Origin: Callorhinchus milii
Lineage: Eukaryota
Reading direction: 5' to 3'
Length of the DNA stretch: 64,000 nt
Assembly: GCF_018977255.1 (NCBI RefSeq)
Contig: NW_024704742.1
Coordinates: 98,830,001-98,894,000 of the forward strand
The notes beneath the pieces are model-generated. The model saw only the letters and a program-made list of their open reading frames with translations. It had not been told where the DNA came from and did not search any database. The translations under genes and the position numbers were made by a program. Positions 1-14,000 of this stretch are shown here, one piece after another (position 1 is the stretch's first letter; every line of letters starts with the position of its first letter).

Positions 1-2399
1 TGAAAATGCCTCGCTGGTCGCTGCTGAATGTACTTACTCAGGCCTTCTGTGTCTTGAGTGGCCCCATTCAGCCACAAGCTGCTCCGGGGTAGGGATGGAA
101 GGAGTCTAGGATTGATTGACAATGGATTCCAGCCAGTCACAAGCGGATGGAGTTGGGCTGTCAGTCAATGTGGGGCGGAGGAATGGGGAAGAACAAGGGA
201 GGGAATTGGAGGAGTCAAATTGCCATTGATTGACAGCTGGAGCTGGAGCCCAAACATTCACAAGCGGTTCCGAGGCTATCAATCACTTCGGAGCCACCGC
301 TAATTGGTCCCCTTCCCATCCAGTGGGACCGCAAATGGGAGGGAGGATGCTCTTCTGCTGGGCGGGAAGAGGTAAGAGAACTTCGGCTAACCTTGGACGT
401 CACTAAGTTGAATAAAACGGCCTTTTCCGATGTGTCCGGCTTAACCGGCTTCCACTGTATATAGATAGATATTAACGTAGTAGCACATTGTGTACTCAAT
501 AAATCGTGTATCACTTTCGACTCTGATCTAGATGTATGTAGAAATACTGATGTATAAGATCCAGTATCCTACTCTTATATGTGGCAACCCAATAAAATCC
601 TAGTATTTCAGGAAGTTTTCTAAAATCACCTATATTAGGGAGTTCATCATAGCTTCTTACACACATTTCTTAGTTTATATAGGAAGATCCATCATGTGTC
701 AATGGTATTGATACAGCGACTATATTGTTGAGAATATTTCAACTTGGTTTCACCAAGTTTCTGTAAAGTGTATATTTGAAAGCAAATTTATATTGTTTTC
801 ATTTCTTGTTCCTGCTATGGTTGATTCTTAAGAAGTTGTTGACATAGTAATTGTTATGTTCACATTGTTTCTCTGCAAGTAAGTAGCTGGGACTGGGAGT
901 AGATTTTTGGATGGTGCTGTGCTTGGCTCATTCAAATATTTCAAAACGTACCTCTTTGTCTGTGCATTTGGTCATCTTTTCTCCTCCCATGCCTCCCACC
1001 ACCTGCCCACCAGAGCTCACCCGCCCATCCAGTTCTGCCAAACGCTTTAAGACATCCTCCTGAAATGAAAGGAGTTAAAGTAAAACTCCTGATAACTCTT
1101 CACTCCAAGAGAAAAGGGCATGGGGATGAGTTATCTGTAGTGGTGAGTTAAGCATATGTATACATACATAAATAAATGTGGCCAGGATATTGACAACATG
1201 ATGATTTAAACTTTCATGACAAGTTAAGCCATAGTGAAGTTATCAAGAGTTTACTATTTGTAAATGTAAATTGTATTGTATTTCATTGAAGGCTGCTTGA
1301 GAAGATAACAAGAGGATGTAATTTCTTCTTTTTGCTGTGAACATGTCAATGGATCTGAACTTCAGATTTCTCCTGAGATAGTATTGACGTGCCATGGGTT
1401 TATTGTTTTGATTCTGCACCTGAAATCTTTGTTGCATTTCATTATGGCTTGTTCTTCCTATGAATGCAAATGCAAAATAAAAATTACTGCTTGTGGGCAG
1501 TTTACATTTTGCATCAGCAAACTTTCGCCTCAGGTTAATTTGCTTCCGCTTTTCACCTTAGTTACATTCTGAGAACCGATGTTATTTTTTCAACCTGTCG
1601 CATTCTTTGTCCCATCAAAGCGCCTCGAGATTCTTAGCTGCTTTTTATAGTTTTCCATATATTTGTTTCCATGCCAAATATATGGTATGATCATGAAAAA
1701 CGGCTATAGTAGTGAGATCACTGGCATATTGAATAGTAACTCGCAGAATTATCACTGAGCTGATTTCAACTCCATTTCAACTGTATAATTGAGTTATTAT
1801 ACTGGGGATCATATACAATGCTCACCACTGCAGTCCTCCAGGGTCTGGGCAGTTCCCGGATATCATGGGGATTAGAACCATACACAGTACTGCAGGTATA
1901 ACCTTACGAGAGCACATGTACCTTTTAGGCATGATTTCTTAGGACCTGAACTCAGCTAATTTGACAGTATAGCAAACAATAAAAACAAGTTGAATTTATA
2001 TAGTGTCCTTCATGTAGGAAATCTCTGAGCACTTAAATAAACAAGGCAAACAACATCCTGTTGTACTTGTTTATTTCTGCCTCTTGGTGTTTTGACTAAC
2101 ACCCAGATCTCTTTCAACTTTTTTCGTTGGCAAGTTCTGTCCCATCTATGGATTAAGTGTGAATCCAGTTTTCAGTTCCTATATGCAGTACCTTGCATTC
2201 ATCTGTATTGAACTTCTTTTACTTGTCATCAGTATATGTGCATATCCAACCAAACTCTCTTTTTAAGTGTTTTATGTGATATTTTGTCAAGTTGTTTTTG
2301 AACTCACAGTCAAGTTGGGATTTCACCTCCTCAAAAATGTCAATGAAGTTGTTTGGAAAAGGTCTATCCTTAGATCTCTCCCTTATACTTAATTCCAGT

Positions 2400-3290
2400 G
2401 GTGGGTGATGAGAAGGTGTAACTCAGTTCCAGAAGCTGTGGATGGAACAGAAAGCATCAATGTATTTACAGGAAACATGATGCATACATGAATAAAGGGA
2501 ATAGAGGGGCATGGGGTTGGGAACTAGGGAAGGGTATTAGAATGTGTCATATAGAGCATAAACACAAGCATACAATAGTTGGGCTGAATATCCTGTTTCG
2601 GTGCTACAGATTCTATGTATATTAATAGTGGAAAAGTGTAGCTTACTGTACAAGTAGGAAAGACTTCAAAACCCCAAGATCAAATTTGGCAAATGAGCTG
2701 TGAAAGTTTCACTCTGAAAGTGGATGAACCCAGTGCAGTTCTGGTCAATATGACATTAAAGGACTGCTCAGGTCCTAGAGGAGATGTAGAGAGAAACAAA
2801 GCTGGTCTGCAGTAGTAGAGGGATTGGCCATGAGGAAGACAAGATAAGCTAGTTCTTTTCAACTCTAAGGGAGAAGTCTCACAGGGAGTCTTACAGTATG
2901 ACGATGCTAATTGGTACACAGAAAATACACTCAGAACAACACTTTTAGATAAGCCAAGACAGCGAGACAAGAAGGCATAGGTTTAAGATTGTGAGGGGCA
3001 AGTTTAGGATGCAGAGGATTATTTCAGAGGACTATTTTAGCCATAGCATAAGCAGCATGAAAAAATTGGTAACTGTGAGATTTTTGGTTCATCCACTTTT
3101 AGAGTGAAACTTTCACAGCTCATTTGACAAATTTGACCTTGGGGTTTTGAAAGAGTTTACGAGGAAGAGCAGTTGAGGCCAGGATGATAAAGTCAATTAA
3201 GAAATAGTTTGATGCTGTAATGGGAAGATGCATCATTGGTATCCCGCAAAAATGAGGTTGTCAGAAGGGTCTTCTTCTGAATCTCTTTCA
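2400..3290 (+). mobile_element. Degenerate CR1 fragments, interrupted by a 66-bp inverted repeat
   Basis: CR1-like tail at 2570-2620 (gggctgaata...attctatg) and decayed QFWS...GHRFKIVRGKFR...FKK.FD at 2735-3290. Confidence 0.6.
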
Positions 3291-4811
3291 TGATTTTGTT
3301 TATTTTACCTCACTCTATTTAGCTGATGGTATTAAATGGGTTGCCATTTATCAGTTTAGGCATCTCTTCCATGAAGCATAGCACATGAAGAAACGACCTT
3401 CTATGTTTATAGTACTGTAGCATATCTCAAAGCACTTAACAGGTAAAGATTTTAAGTGGTGCAAGCAAACACAGGTCACCAACAAGGTCCTATAAACAAT
3501 TACAAGGTGAATGAATAATTAATCTGAAGTATACTAGGAGAAAGTTCCTTCTATATTTTCTTAGTGACTAGGCAGACAAGCCCTCAGTTCGACATCCTAT
3601 CCAAAGGACAGCACCTCCACCAATGCATAATTCCCCAGTACTTCACTGGATTATCAATCTAGACTAGTGGTGTTTTGTCATTCAAAACTACAGAGGCTAA
3701 ACCTCCCCTTTTCTAGTTCCATATTTATTTTGGTTATCATGATGGATCCCATCCCCCCACCACAAGAAGAACCAATATAATTGGACAGTTATGCACATTT
3801 GTGAAGTTGCTAAGTTACCAGGAACACAAGTAAACCTAGCAACTTTGCACGTACAAATTGTAAATAAGTCATGTCCTTAGTAACCTCATGTGCATGCACA
3901 CAACTTTCCATATGTACACAACTCCGTTCTTTGGGGAGGTAATCAATATTTAATAATATTGTATAAATATTTCTGTTTAGTCTAGGGTTAGTTAAAGGAA
4001 AATAATAAGCATACAGATTAAGTTATAGAGAGACAGAGCAAAAATGTTGGATAGACTGAAGTAGAAAGAAAGCAGTTGAGGAGAATCTCAAACAAGATTG
4101 GGATTCTTGCGTAATAATCAATAGAAACAAAGTGTTTCAGTTTGCTATTGTGTGGGAACACCAACCCCTTTTGAGGCCAGACAGGATTACTTTTAGCTTC
4201 TCCCTTTTACTAATGGCAGTCGCCACTACTGGCATATACTACTCAAAACGAACATGGAGCTTGAACCTACAACCTTCTGACCCAAAGGCGAGTGTGCTAC
4301 CAACTGAGCCAGGCTGACACACATGGGGAACTTTGCTCTTGTTAAAAATCTCTTCAGTCTTCATTTATCTATAAAGCACTGTGACTACATCTTCGCACAT
4401 GAATTTTCCAAGAATGCCTTTTGATAGTCTTGATGGTGTAACCTGCCATGGAAAGCAGAATAACTCTCAATATGTGGCGTCTTGTATGATCACTCACCGG
4501 CATATATCCGATAAAAAATTTTGAGAACTGCAAGTCCTCTATGTTGTATTAATGTGTTTGTGTGTGTTTGTGTGGGTATACCAGTTATATATTGTGTACA
4601 TAATAATTATCAACAATAATATAAAATGATTAGGTTATGTTAATAGTTAATTTCTGATCGATTTTGACTTTCTGTATTCTGATGTAAGACATTATCATCC
4701 ACTTAATACTAATCATAGATGGTTTTGTATCATCTGTGACCTTGCTATTTTATATGCTGCTGCTAAGGGGTGGGGACTTGCCCTTTGGACGTGCATGTAG
4801 TGCACTTCCAG

Positions 4812-4835
4812 CCAATCGGTTCTGCGAATGTTAAT
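4812..4835 (+). promoter_or_regulatory. Putative ALDH1A1 proximal promoter: CCAAT box plus octamer-like ATGTTAAT
   Basis: gCCAATCG at 4812 and ATGTTAAT at 4828, ~130-150 nt upstream of the ATG. Confidence 0.55.
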
Positions 4836-4959
4836 AGTGTTTTAACAAACTCGACTCTCTTCCAAACACCTTGTGGCTTTCCAGAGGAAGATCGGCTTTG
4901 TTGTGTGATAAGTGATCTGAACTGTACCTGTTCCAGGAAAACAAGCAAACAAGCACAAC

Positions 4960-5052
4960 ATGAGCACCCCTGCTGCCGACCATGAAACTCCAGCCCCTGC
5001 TCCCCCCAATGTCCCTGTGCCAGTGAGTGAGTTGGAAATCAAACACACTAAG
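4960..5052 (+). CDS. ALDH1A1: ALDH1A1 coding exon 1 ([31 protein letters not shown])
   Basis: ATG in acaacATGa context; ends AAG|gtgagt; LEIKHTK matches the ALDH1A exon-1 end. Confidence 0.9.
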
Positions 5053-8000
5053 GTGAGTGAGTGCATTCATTTGATTCCAGAGTGGTTTGCACAGGCAGCT
5101 TCAGTGCCCTGCAGTCTTGTCCGTTTATTACGACGCCCTCGGTTCCCCATTTGTGCTCATTACTTTTCTTAACTGAAGGGGGAATCGTTTTTTTTTTGTT
5201 TGCAAACCGAAATGAAACCCTTGGGACGTTCTTGAGCTGAAACGTTGGCTTCCAAGAATGACAAGATGTTGTTGTCATCTCCTCTCTGTGAGTGCAGCTT
5301 GATCAGAATTCAGCAATAGGTTGCACTGATTTGCAGCAAAATGTTGAGACACACGTTGTTGTTTTCTAATTGAAAACAAAACAAAAGGTTCACTGGGCAG
5401 CAGTAACCTGGCACAGCACAGCACAGCACAGCACTGGGTGGAATGAGCAACTCCCCAGAGAGGTGCAGAGCAAGTCCAATGTTATATGATCAGAAGTTTG
5501 AGCACTTCCTTATGATGAGGACAAATTCTTTCTCAAATCCTTACAAAATAGGGTTTTTTTGGGGGGGAAAAAGCAATCCTTCCGAAAAGCACAATCATCT
5601 TTTCTTTTTTGACAATCGTGGTTACACTTTGTGGTTTGGAATGGAGCATCCAGTCAGTGTGTAAATAGGATGTGTGCATGGTGGGGAGGTGGGGTGGGGT
5701 GGGGGGGGGGGAATTGGTGGGTTTGCTGTATTTTTATGTTGCAGGGTATTTTTTAAAAAAAACAGGAGGAGAGAAAATACAATCAGTGTCCGATGAGTCT
5801 TACGATGGGCTTTGTGGGCTGGGTTTGTCTGTGCTATTTTGTTTGGCTTCTTTCTCACTTTTAAATGTTAAATGTTGCTTTATTTATTGCAGATCTTCAT
5901 AAACAATGAGTGGCACAACTCCAGCAGCGGCAAACGGTTCCCAACCTATAACCCTGCCACTTGCGAGAAGATCTGTGAGGTGGAAGAAGGCGACAAGGTG
6001 GGTTCTATTAATAACTTAAACATCTCGCTTTGTGGTAACTGCAAAATGAGCGGCGATTTGACGGATTTTGCATCATTGAATCAATCCTCTTTGGCGCCTT
6101 GTTAATTATGTCCTGTCTGTCTCCATATGTGCTAAAAACACAAACAGAAATTACACATTATTTTTAAACGCATGTCATGTTGGGATTGAATTGTATGAAG
6201 TTTTTTTTAGCTCTGGATGGCTGTTAAGAGTGTTGGGGTATTTGATATCATGTAACCTCTGCAACAAGTATCAGTGCACATGTTTATGTTGAACATTACA
6301 AGGTTATTTTACGTTAGCTAGACATGTGTAAGTAGTTTCCTAGAGAGGGTGGGTGGGTTGGGGTGGGTGGGTGGGGGAGAGAGAGAGACAGAGGGAATTG
6401 TGAATGAGCAAAGATACTATAATTTAGTTGAGATGAAGCAATGAACCAGCTCTGTTCCAACTATATCATCATAATAATAATCATTGCATTTGATATGGCG
6501 CCTTTTACGTTGTCGAGACATCTCAAAGCGCTTCACAGGATATACTGAAAAGTAGTGTGACTGTGCATTTTGTGGATGAATCATCTACATATGATTTGAA
6601 TGAAATTAAAACTGCTAATGGCAATAAGCAGTATAAAAATGACAATGGTGAAGAAAGGTGAGAGCTAAGATAATAAGATAGTAATTTGACAAATAAATGC
6701 AGAGTTATAAGGGAATTATGATTATTGTATACATGCAGGCTAATAATAGGGTAGTTGTGCAGCATTGTTTGAGCTGGCTTTGATGTATTATACTGACACA
6801 GATCCTGCAATGTAACTGCAGGTTTGCAAAATCAACATAGTCAAGTAGTGTGAGACCACCTTGTGGAAGTAGCCCTTAACTGTCTAGGCTTCGCACAGAC
6901 TGCATTTTGAACTGGAGTCAGTGCAAAGTGAAACTTTTTAAACTTAACATTTGAAATCTAAAAGTTTTTGGGTGTCACCTTGATTTTTAGTGTGAGCAAA
7001 GAGCTGATATTCCTGTCACCTCTTCACTAATCTTAAAAATTAACTGGTGTTCAGGTGCTGGTTGAGCAGAGCTCTGTGCATGACTGCATGTACGTAAGTG
7101 CAGAAGCGCAGAGCTTTGTTTCACTTCTACACAGTCTAGGGATGATAGCAAAACAGGCCAGCAGTATAGCTGCAGTCTGCTGGCTTATACAGCTCTATTG
7201 TAAGCACAGTGTACTCAAACAGTGACTTAGTATAAATGAGGCACAAGAAGTATCTGAGGTTGTTGTCATATCAGAAAAAGGTTGAATACATGACCTTTTG
7301 GTGCAGACATGTTCTTTCTACCTTCAATAGTCAATAGTCCATAGTCATCACTCACAGAATCTGAAATGTGAGAATAATTTATTGGGAAAGTGATGGACAA
7401 ATGTGGGTATGTAAGGGACAGCATGCTCAGTACAATTTTGCTTGCTTAAAATTAATCACTGAAGGCTTAAAAATATCAAAATGCATTTTTAATATTCTGT
7501 TTGATAAAATAACTCTGAATCACAACATTCAAATGCACTGAGTTTCCCAGCACTTTCCAACCAAATTTCATGAATAAATAACCTATTTATAATGCATGTG
7601 TGATATCCTTTTATATAACTGTTTATTTTTATGTAACTGTTTATTATTTATTGTTACATACAGTAATAATATTACAAACATTATAATCTGCAAATATCAT
7701 TCCATGGTACTGATGGGAAAGATACTTTCTACCCGCATGAGAAACACGACACATTGTTCGAAAAGATACAAGTTGCTAACTGCTGATATAAATGTTCACG
7801 GCTACCTTATACACACTGTTTTCACACTTGGCACCACAACTGGAAAAAGTTAACTAATAAACTGAGTCATGAACTTATAAATGAAACCATCACACTAATT
7901 TTATTTACATCCACACACATTTTATAAATACTATCAGGTGGGAGGTTACTGCTTTGGGGTCTGTGATCTTAATTCTCCTCAGCTGTTCAGAGAACATTAC

Positions 8001-11000
8001 AGTTTACAATATCATGAGAATCCTTCATTTAGATTACACACTTTTAATCACCTACATATATCATTTGTTCTGTATACAGGTCTAATTTTGGCACAACAAT
8101 TGTTACAATGCCTACTCCTCATAAAAGTTGACATACTTGAATCTGTGTTAGATTGGAAATTCACCCATATGTGCCCTTGACTGAAACAGGCTGTCCTCCC
8201 AGTGTGATTAATCACTAAAGCTCACTTGCTTTGTATAAAAAATGAGTGTGGATGTGGTAGCATTACCAGGGGCATCAAACATTTCCTATTCATTCAAATC
8301 TGTTGCGAATAGGCATGTTTCACTTTCTAAAATGAAGTCTCACTCCATATTTTGGCTCTTTCAGCGCCATCAGATTTAAATATTGTAAAGGGTCACCATG
8401 ACACAGTGAGCAGCTCTGTGGATCTAAGTGAGCAGCATGGTAATGTATATCATTAAAAGTCATGGAAACTGATGAAAGTAATGACCTAATATTGCCCTGC
8501 AGCACAGATAAGCTAGAATAGGATTCTGAAATATCCTGTGGACTAGTCAACATTGCTCCCATATTCCTGCAAATTCCTAAATTCCATAGCGTCTACAGAG
8601 AAACGGAGGCTAAAAAAGCTGATAATACACGGGAGTTGTGTGTCAGATGGAGAGCAAAACCTGAAAAGTTGTATCAGGGTATTGAATTTCCAGCCCACAT
8701 TAGATTTTAGTGTAAGTTTTCAGGTGAGAAATTACACACCATGTTAAATTTAAAAAAAGTCAAGATCATGCCATTCTCCACATGTTCATGAGTGCAAGTT
8801 TCAGTCAGATGGAAACATCATGTTAGTCTGCAGTAAACTATCACTATTTATTTCCTTATTCTATGATATACTTTACCATTTGTTGGAATAAAGATATAGT
8901 TCACCGGAGCTAAAGGTCTCACCATGGTCATGCAATTAACAAGCAAAGTAATGGATTGCCGCATCACTTGCAGTCCTTTTCATTGGTTGGTGATGACATA
9001 ATTAAGGGTGCATGTAGTTCCCTCTGTACACAGATGGCACCAAATTGGGGAACTGTGGACTTTACACATGGTTAACCCAACTCACAAGTTTGGTTGTTAA
9101 CCCAAACTGCAAATCAGACCCCAGTGGATCACATGAGAGATTCAGATGAAGAAGGATCTTCAGCTCAATTGATCGCATCATTCCAGAATACCCCTCAAAC
9201 ATCCTTCCAACAAACCATCAAGCTGTTTCTTAAATGAGTCCAGCAACCTGACTTCAACCACCCTCCCTGGTAAACAGCTCCAGTTGGTAATTACCCTCTG
9301 GTTAAACAAACACTTACTGGTGTTTGCCATGAAATTGCCCTTTGCAATCCTGAGCCTGTGACTTCATGTTTTGCTTCCTTGCCACATCTTTTGTCAGAAA
9401 GGATTATTCTGGATTTACTTTCTCGATTTCATTTAAAATCATGTATACCTTAATAAGGTTCCCTCTGAGAAGTGTATTTTTTTCGAGGACGAAATGCCCT
9501 AGCTTGTTGCTCGGAGCTCATTCCTCTAACAAAGGGGATCATCCGTGTTGCTCTTCTTTGCACTGCCTCTAAGGGGTGGGCAGCTCTATATGTCATGGTG
9601 ACCAGATCTCTATACAGTATATGGCCTGACCAAGGTTCAGCATGGCCAGAGCACTAGACAACGTGAGGATGACTTCTGGGAATCTGAACTCAACTGATTT
9701 TGCAATATAGCCCAGCATCCTGTTACCCTACTTATTGCAGCTTTGCATTGTTTTGCCATGGTGAGCAATGAGTATCACCCCTAGATCTCTTTCAGCTTCC
9801 CATTTAACAAGTTCTATCCCATGCATGGAGTACATGTGCCACCTATTGTTGCTTCCTATATACTTTGCGTTTATATGTATTGAACTTCATTTGTCAGTCA
9901 TCAGCCCATGTGTAAATACTATCAAGCTTTTTTGTAAGACTTTAGTTGCCTATTCTGATTCTGCAGTTCCTCCAAGGTACTGTCATCTGTGAATTTAGCT
10001 CTGTGGCAGAAGAGGCAGGTAAAGGTGTCAGCCTGGCTCAGTTGGTAGCCTCAGATTTTTGCCTCGGTGGTAGAAGGTTGTATGTTCAAGCCCCACGTCA
10101 GGACATTGAACTCATAGTTCAGCCTGACATTCCAGTGCAATGCTGGAGGAATTCTGCATTGTCGGACATTAAACTGAGGTCCTGCCTGCCTGTTCAGGTG
10201 GATATTAAAGATTCCATGGCACTATTCAAAAAGAGAAGGGAGTTTCTCTTGGTGTCCTGGCCAACAATTCCCAAGATAAAATTAATTATTCACATCATGG
10301 CTGTTTGTGGACTGATGTTGGGCTTAAATTGGCTGTCAAGTTTGCCGACAAATACATAGTTACTATGCAAAATCCTGTGAAGTGCTTTGACAACATAATG
10401 TGTTTTATCAAATACAAGGATTATTATCATGTATAGGTGAACACGGCAGTCAGTCAGTCACAATGTTCCACAATCAACAATGAAATAAATGAGCAATTTA
10501 TTTGTTGGTCAGACCATTGGCCTTCTCCCTTCTCCCTTTTTTTTCAAATAATGAGATCTTTAACATCCAGCTGAACAGGCAAGTACAACCTTAACTTAGT
10601 CTCTGATTTAAAAAAAAACAACAGCCCTCCTACAGCACTGGGGTGTAGTGACAGTATAAACCATGAGCTAAAAATACCAATATGTGACTTAAGCCCACAA
10701 ACATCTATCCCAGAATCAAGAGTGCTGCCGATTGAGCATCCTGAGTGGTAATAGTAGGATACAGGCTCAGCTACTTACCGCTCTACATCATCTTCTTGAT
10801 TTTAGCCTAAATGTCTAAGAATAGGTTTAGCACAGACCAAACATGTCCCCAAAAGAAGGTATAATAATAATAATAATCCTTGCATTTGATATAGCGCTTT
10901 TCAAGTCTTCTAGATGTCTCAAAGCGCTTCAGAGAATACACTGTAAAGTGATATTTGTGGGCGAAACGCAGCAGCCAATTGCACACAGCATTGTCCCCCA

Positions 11001-14000
11001 AACAGTTGTGGATTGAGTGACCAAATTATTATTATATATTTTTTTCTTGATGGATTATTATCAGGAGTGTGGAGCAAGGAAATTTGCCCTCGCCCTGCCA
11101 GGAATCGAACCCAGGTCTCTCACTTGCGAGGCAATGCTCTAACCACTGAGCTACAGGACTGCACAGTGAAAGAAATTATTTTTAGATGACTCCCATTGCA
11201 TGCACATAGGAGTGCACAATTGGCTGCCATGTTTTTCCCATCAAACACACAGTCACTACACTTTACAGTATATTCTGTGAAGCACTTTGAGACGTCTCAA
11301 CGACATGATGATGCGCTATATTAAATGCAAGGATTTTTATTATTATTAAGAGCAGCATCGAAGAGGGCTGGAGTAGGTAAAAGTAGACAAAAAAATCTAT
11401 GTCAAACAGGGCAAAAAGGTTTACAAAAATGAAAGTTCGTCATTGCTCTTTAAAGAGTTAAGCATACTTCTATATTAAAGTACAATATATTTTCCTGAAA
11501 CATGCATTTTGATAAACCATTAGACTTTTGTTCTGAATTATAAAGAGAAAGTTGTGAGAAGTGTTTTCTAAACATGTAATGATCTGTGCAAATTTTGGCT
11601 ATAAATTAAATTATCCAACTTAAAAGGCAGACTTCTGTTTACACTGAATGCTCTAGAATAAAAAGTATTGATTTACTTAAGATTAAGTTACCACAACACT
11701 TAGTTTCAATGATATTTGACCAGCCAGAAACTCTAAAATGAACTGTAATTGAATTACCTCAATCCATTTTTGACAGCTCACTTAAAGCTCTGTTTCACTG
11801 GAATTCATTCTCCACATACAAGTGAGAGAATAGCTAATGCCATTATGCCCACAGGTGCCTTTTCTCTAAGTAAATCACTAGGGCAACTACCAATAATCCA
11901 ACTGCTAACTATTGTATATTGCTAGTTTTGCATAAACAGAAAGCAGGAGCTTTTTATTTCCTTTCATGTCCCCTTTATGCATTTCTGGTCCATTGTGTTC
12001 AGAATGCAAGATCAAAGTGTGGGACTAGTGTTGCAATCTATATCATTGAGGAAAACTATATAATAATGCCATCATGCATCTTCCTAGTCTCGATTTGCTC
12101 AGGTGATGTTGTGATATGTCCTAGTTTAAATCAGCTGTTCATTCCCACATATAAGCAAAAGGCACAAATATGATTCTTTTCACTCCGCCCCACCTCATTC
12201 CTCCCAACCCTCAGGTGGTACTGTGTGATGTACCTGCGTTCAAACATATCAAGTTACCCTGTAAGATATTTCATTAGGCTTTGAGTATCTTATTCAGAAG
12301 AGAATGAGTAGAAATACATATTTAGAAATCATCATTATCCAAAGTATCTGATGTTAAAGCAGGATACATGTAGATGATCATATGACAATAATCTCATGAC
12401 TTCATTATAATGTAACGATGTGTCAATGATATTTATTTTGGTATATTTATACCAATTTAGATCAGGTTTAAAAAATATTTACGTTAGATGCCTTGGCTTG
12501 GGTATATGGGGTATGAATTTGGCTTGGGTCCCTTGATCCAATACACTTCTGTGGATCCATGCTTCCACTGTGTAAGCTTCTCTGTATTAGTTTCTCAACA
12601 ACACAGTAATAATAATAATAATCCTTACATTTGACAAAGTGACTTATTATGTCTTCAAGACATCTCAAAGAGTTTCACAGAACATACTACAAAATAAATT
12701 GGCTGTTTATTTTGTGGACGAAATGTGCCACCATAGGTAAAGATCAAACAAATGCAGTGCTGCTAATACCAACTGATATACTAATTTATCTTGAATTAAG
12801 TAATTAATAACCAATGTAAAGGATCAGAAATTCACCCTTACATGATTTCACTAAAGCTATAAACAATGTGTGTTATACATCACAGAGGGTTATCAGGGAA
12901 GGAGTGTTGTGCTTTGAATAATGTGCTCAGCAGAGGGTGATGGGTGGCAGGCAGTCAGCCATTCTTGATGCTATTTCCCTTGCATGGCCAATGTAATTAG
13001 AAATATTTAACATAGTGACTGACTCAAGGTATCATTTAAATGATAATCATTTAAACAGGAGATTTTAAATTGAGGATAAGTTCAATTATTAGACTTTTTA
13101 TTAAAAGCAATTAAATAAGACTTTATAAGGAAAAAAAGAACAGGAATGTGGCAAATATTTCTGATTAAACAAATCCAGTAGCAGATAAATTTAAATTAAC
13201 AAAACAGTATTGTCATCCATCAAATCCAAGGTTTATTAATTATCCTTCACAGGATTTTGCTGCAAAGCATAGAGAGTGCATTTTGTAGATGAATGCTGCA
13301 GCCAATTTGTACCCAGCAATGTCCCGCAAACAGCCATGAAGTGAATGACCAATTTCCTTTTGGGGATTGTGGACCAGGACACCAGGGGAAACTTCCTTTA
13401 CTTTTTGAACAGTGCCTCTGACAATGCAGCATACCTCCAGCAATGCATTGGAGTGTCAGCCTGGAATATATGAACTCAAAATTCTGACATACATCTTGAA
13501 ATCACAGCCTTCTAACGCAGAGGCGAGCAGTGGCGCTAGAACGATTATTATAGTGAGGATGAAACCCCAATTCCCAACACTTTGAAAGCCACTATACAAA
13601 TGTGATGTGTTGTCTAAGGGGTGCTGGGATGTCTAGCGGTCAGGAGGTATGACAGGGGTGTGCCTAGGAGGTGATTTGGAGCTGATGTCCTGGGGAGTGT
13701 CAGGGTGGGGGGAAATGTAAACGACAATTTACATTTATATAGCACATTTCATGTCAGAAGGATATCTCAAAGCACTTTACACAGCTGACTGTGCATTGAG
13801 TTGGTGCAGGATTGATGGCCGAGGCAGGGGCATGGTAACTGAAGGTGCAGTAGAAAAGATAGATCTAAAGGCTTACACTGAGAAAAGTTTATCTGTTTTT
13901 GTATTAGGATTCCTATTAAGACAAAGAAACAAAAGAGTTGAGTATACAGTGTATAGTATTTAGCAATTTCTTATTCTTTAGTTACGATCTAAATAATCAT

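Noticed and set aside
9946..10359. 137-aa ORF and similar recurring peptides ([15 protein letters not shown])
   Set aside because: These are translations of SINE copies, not genes.
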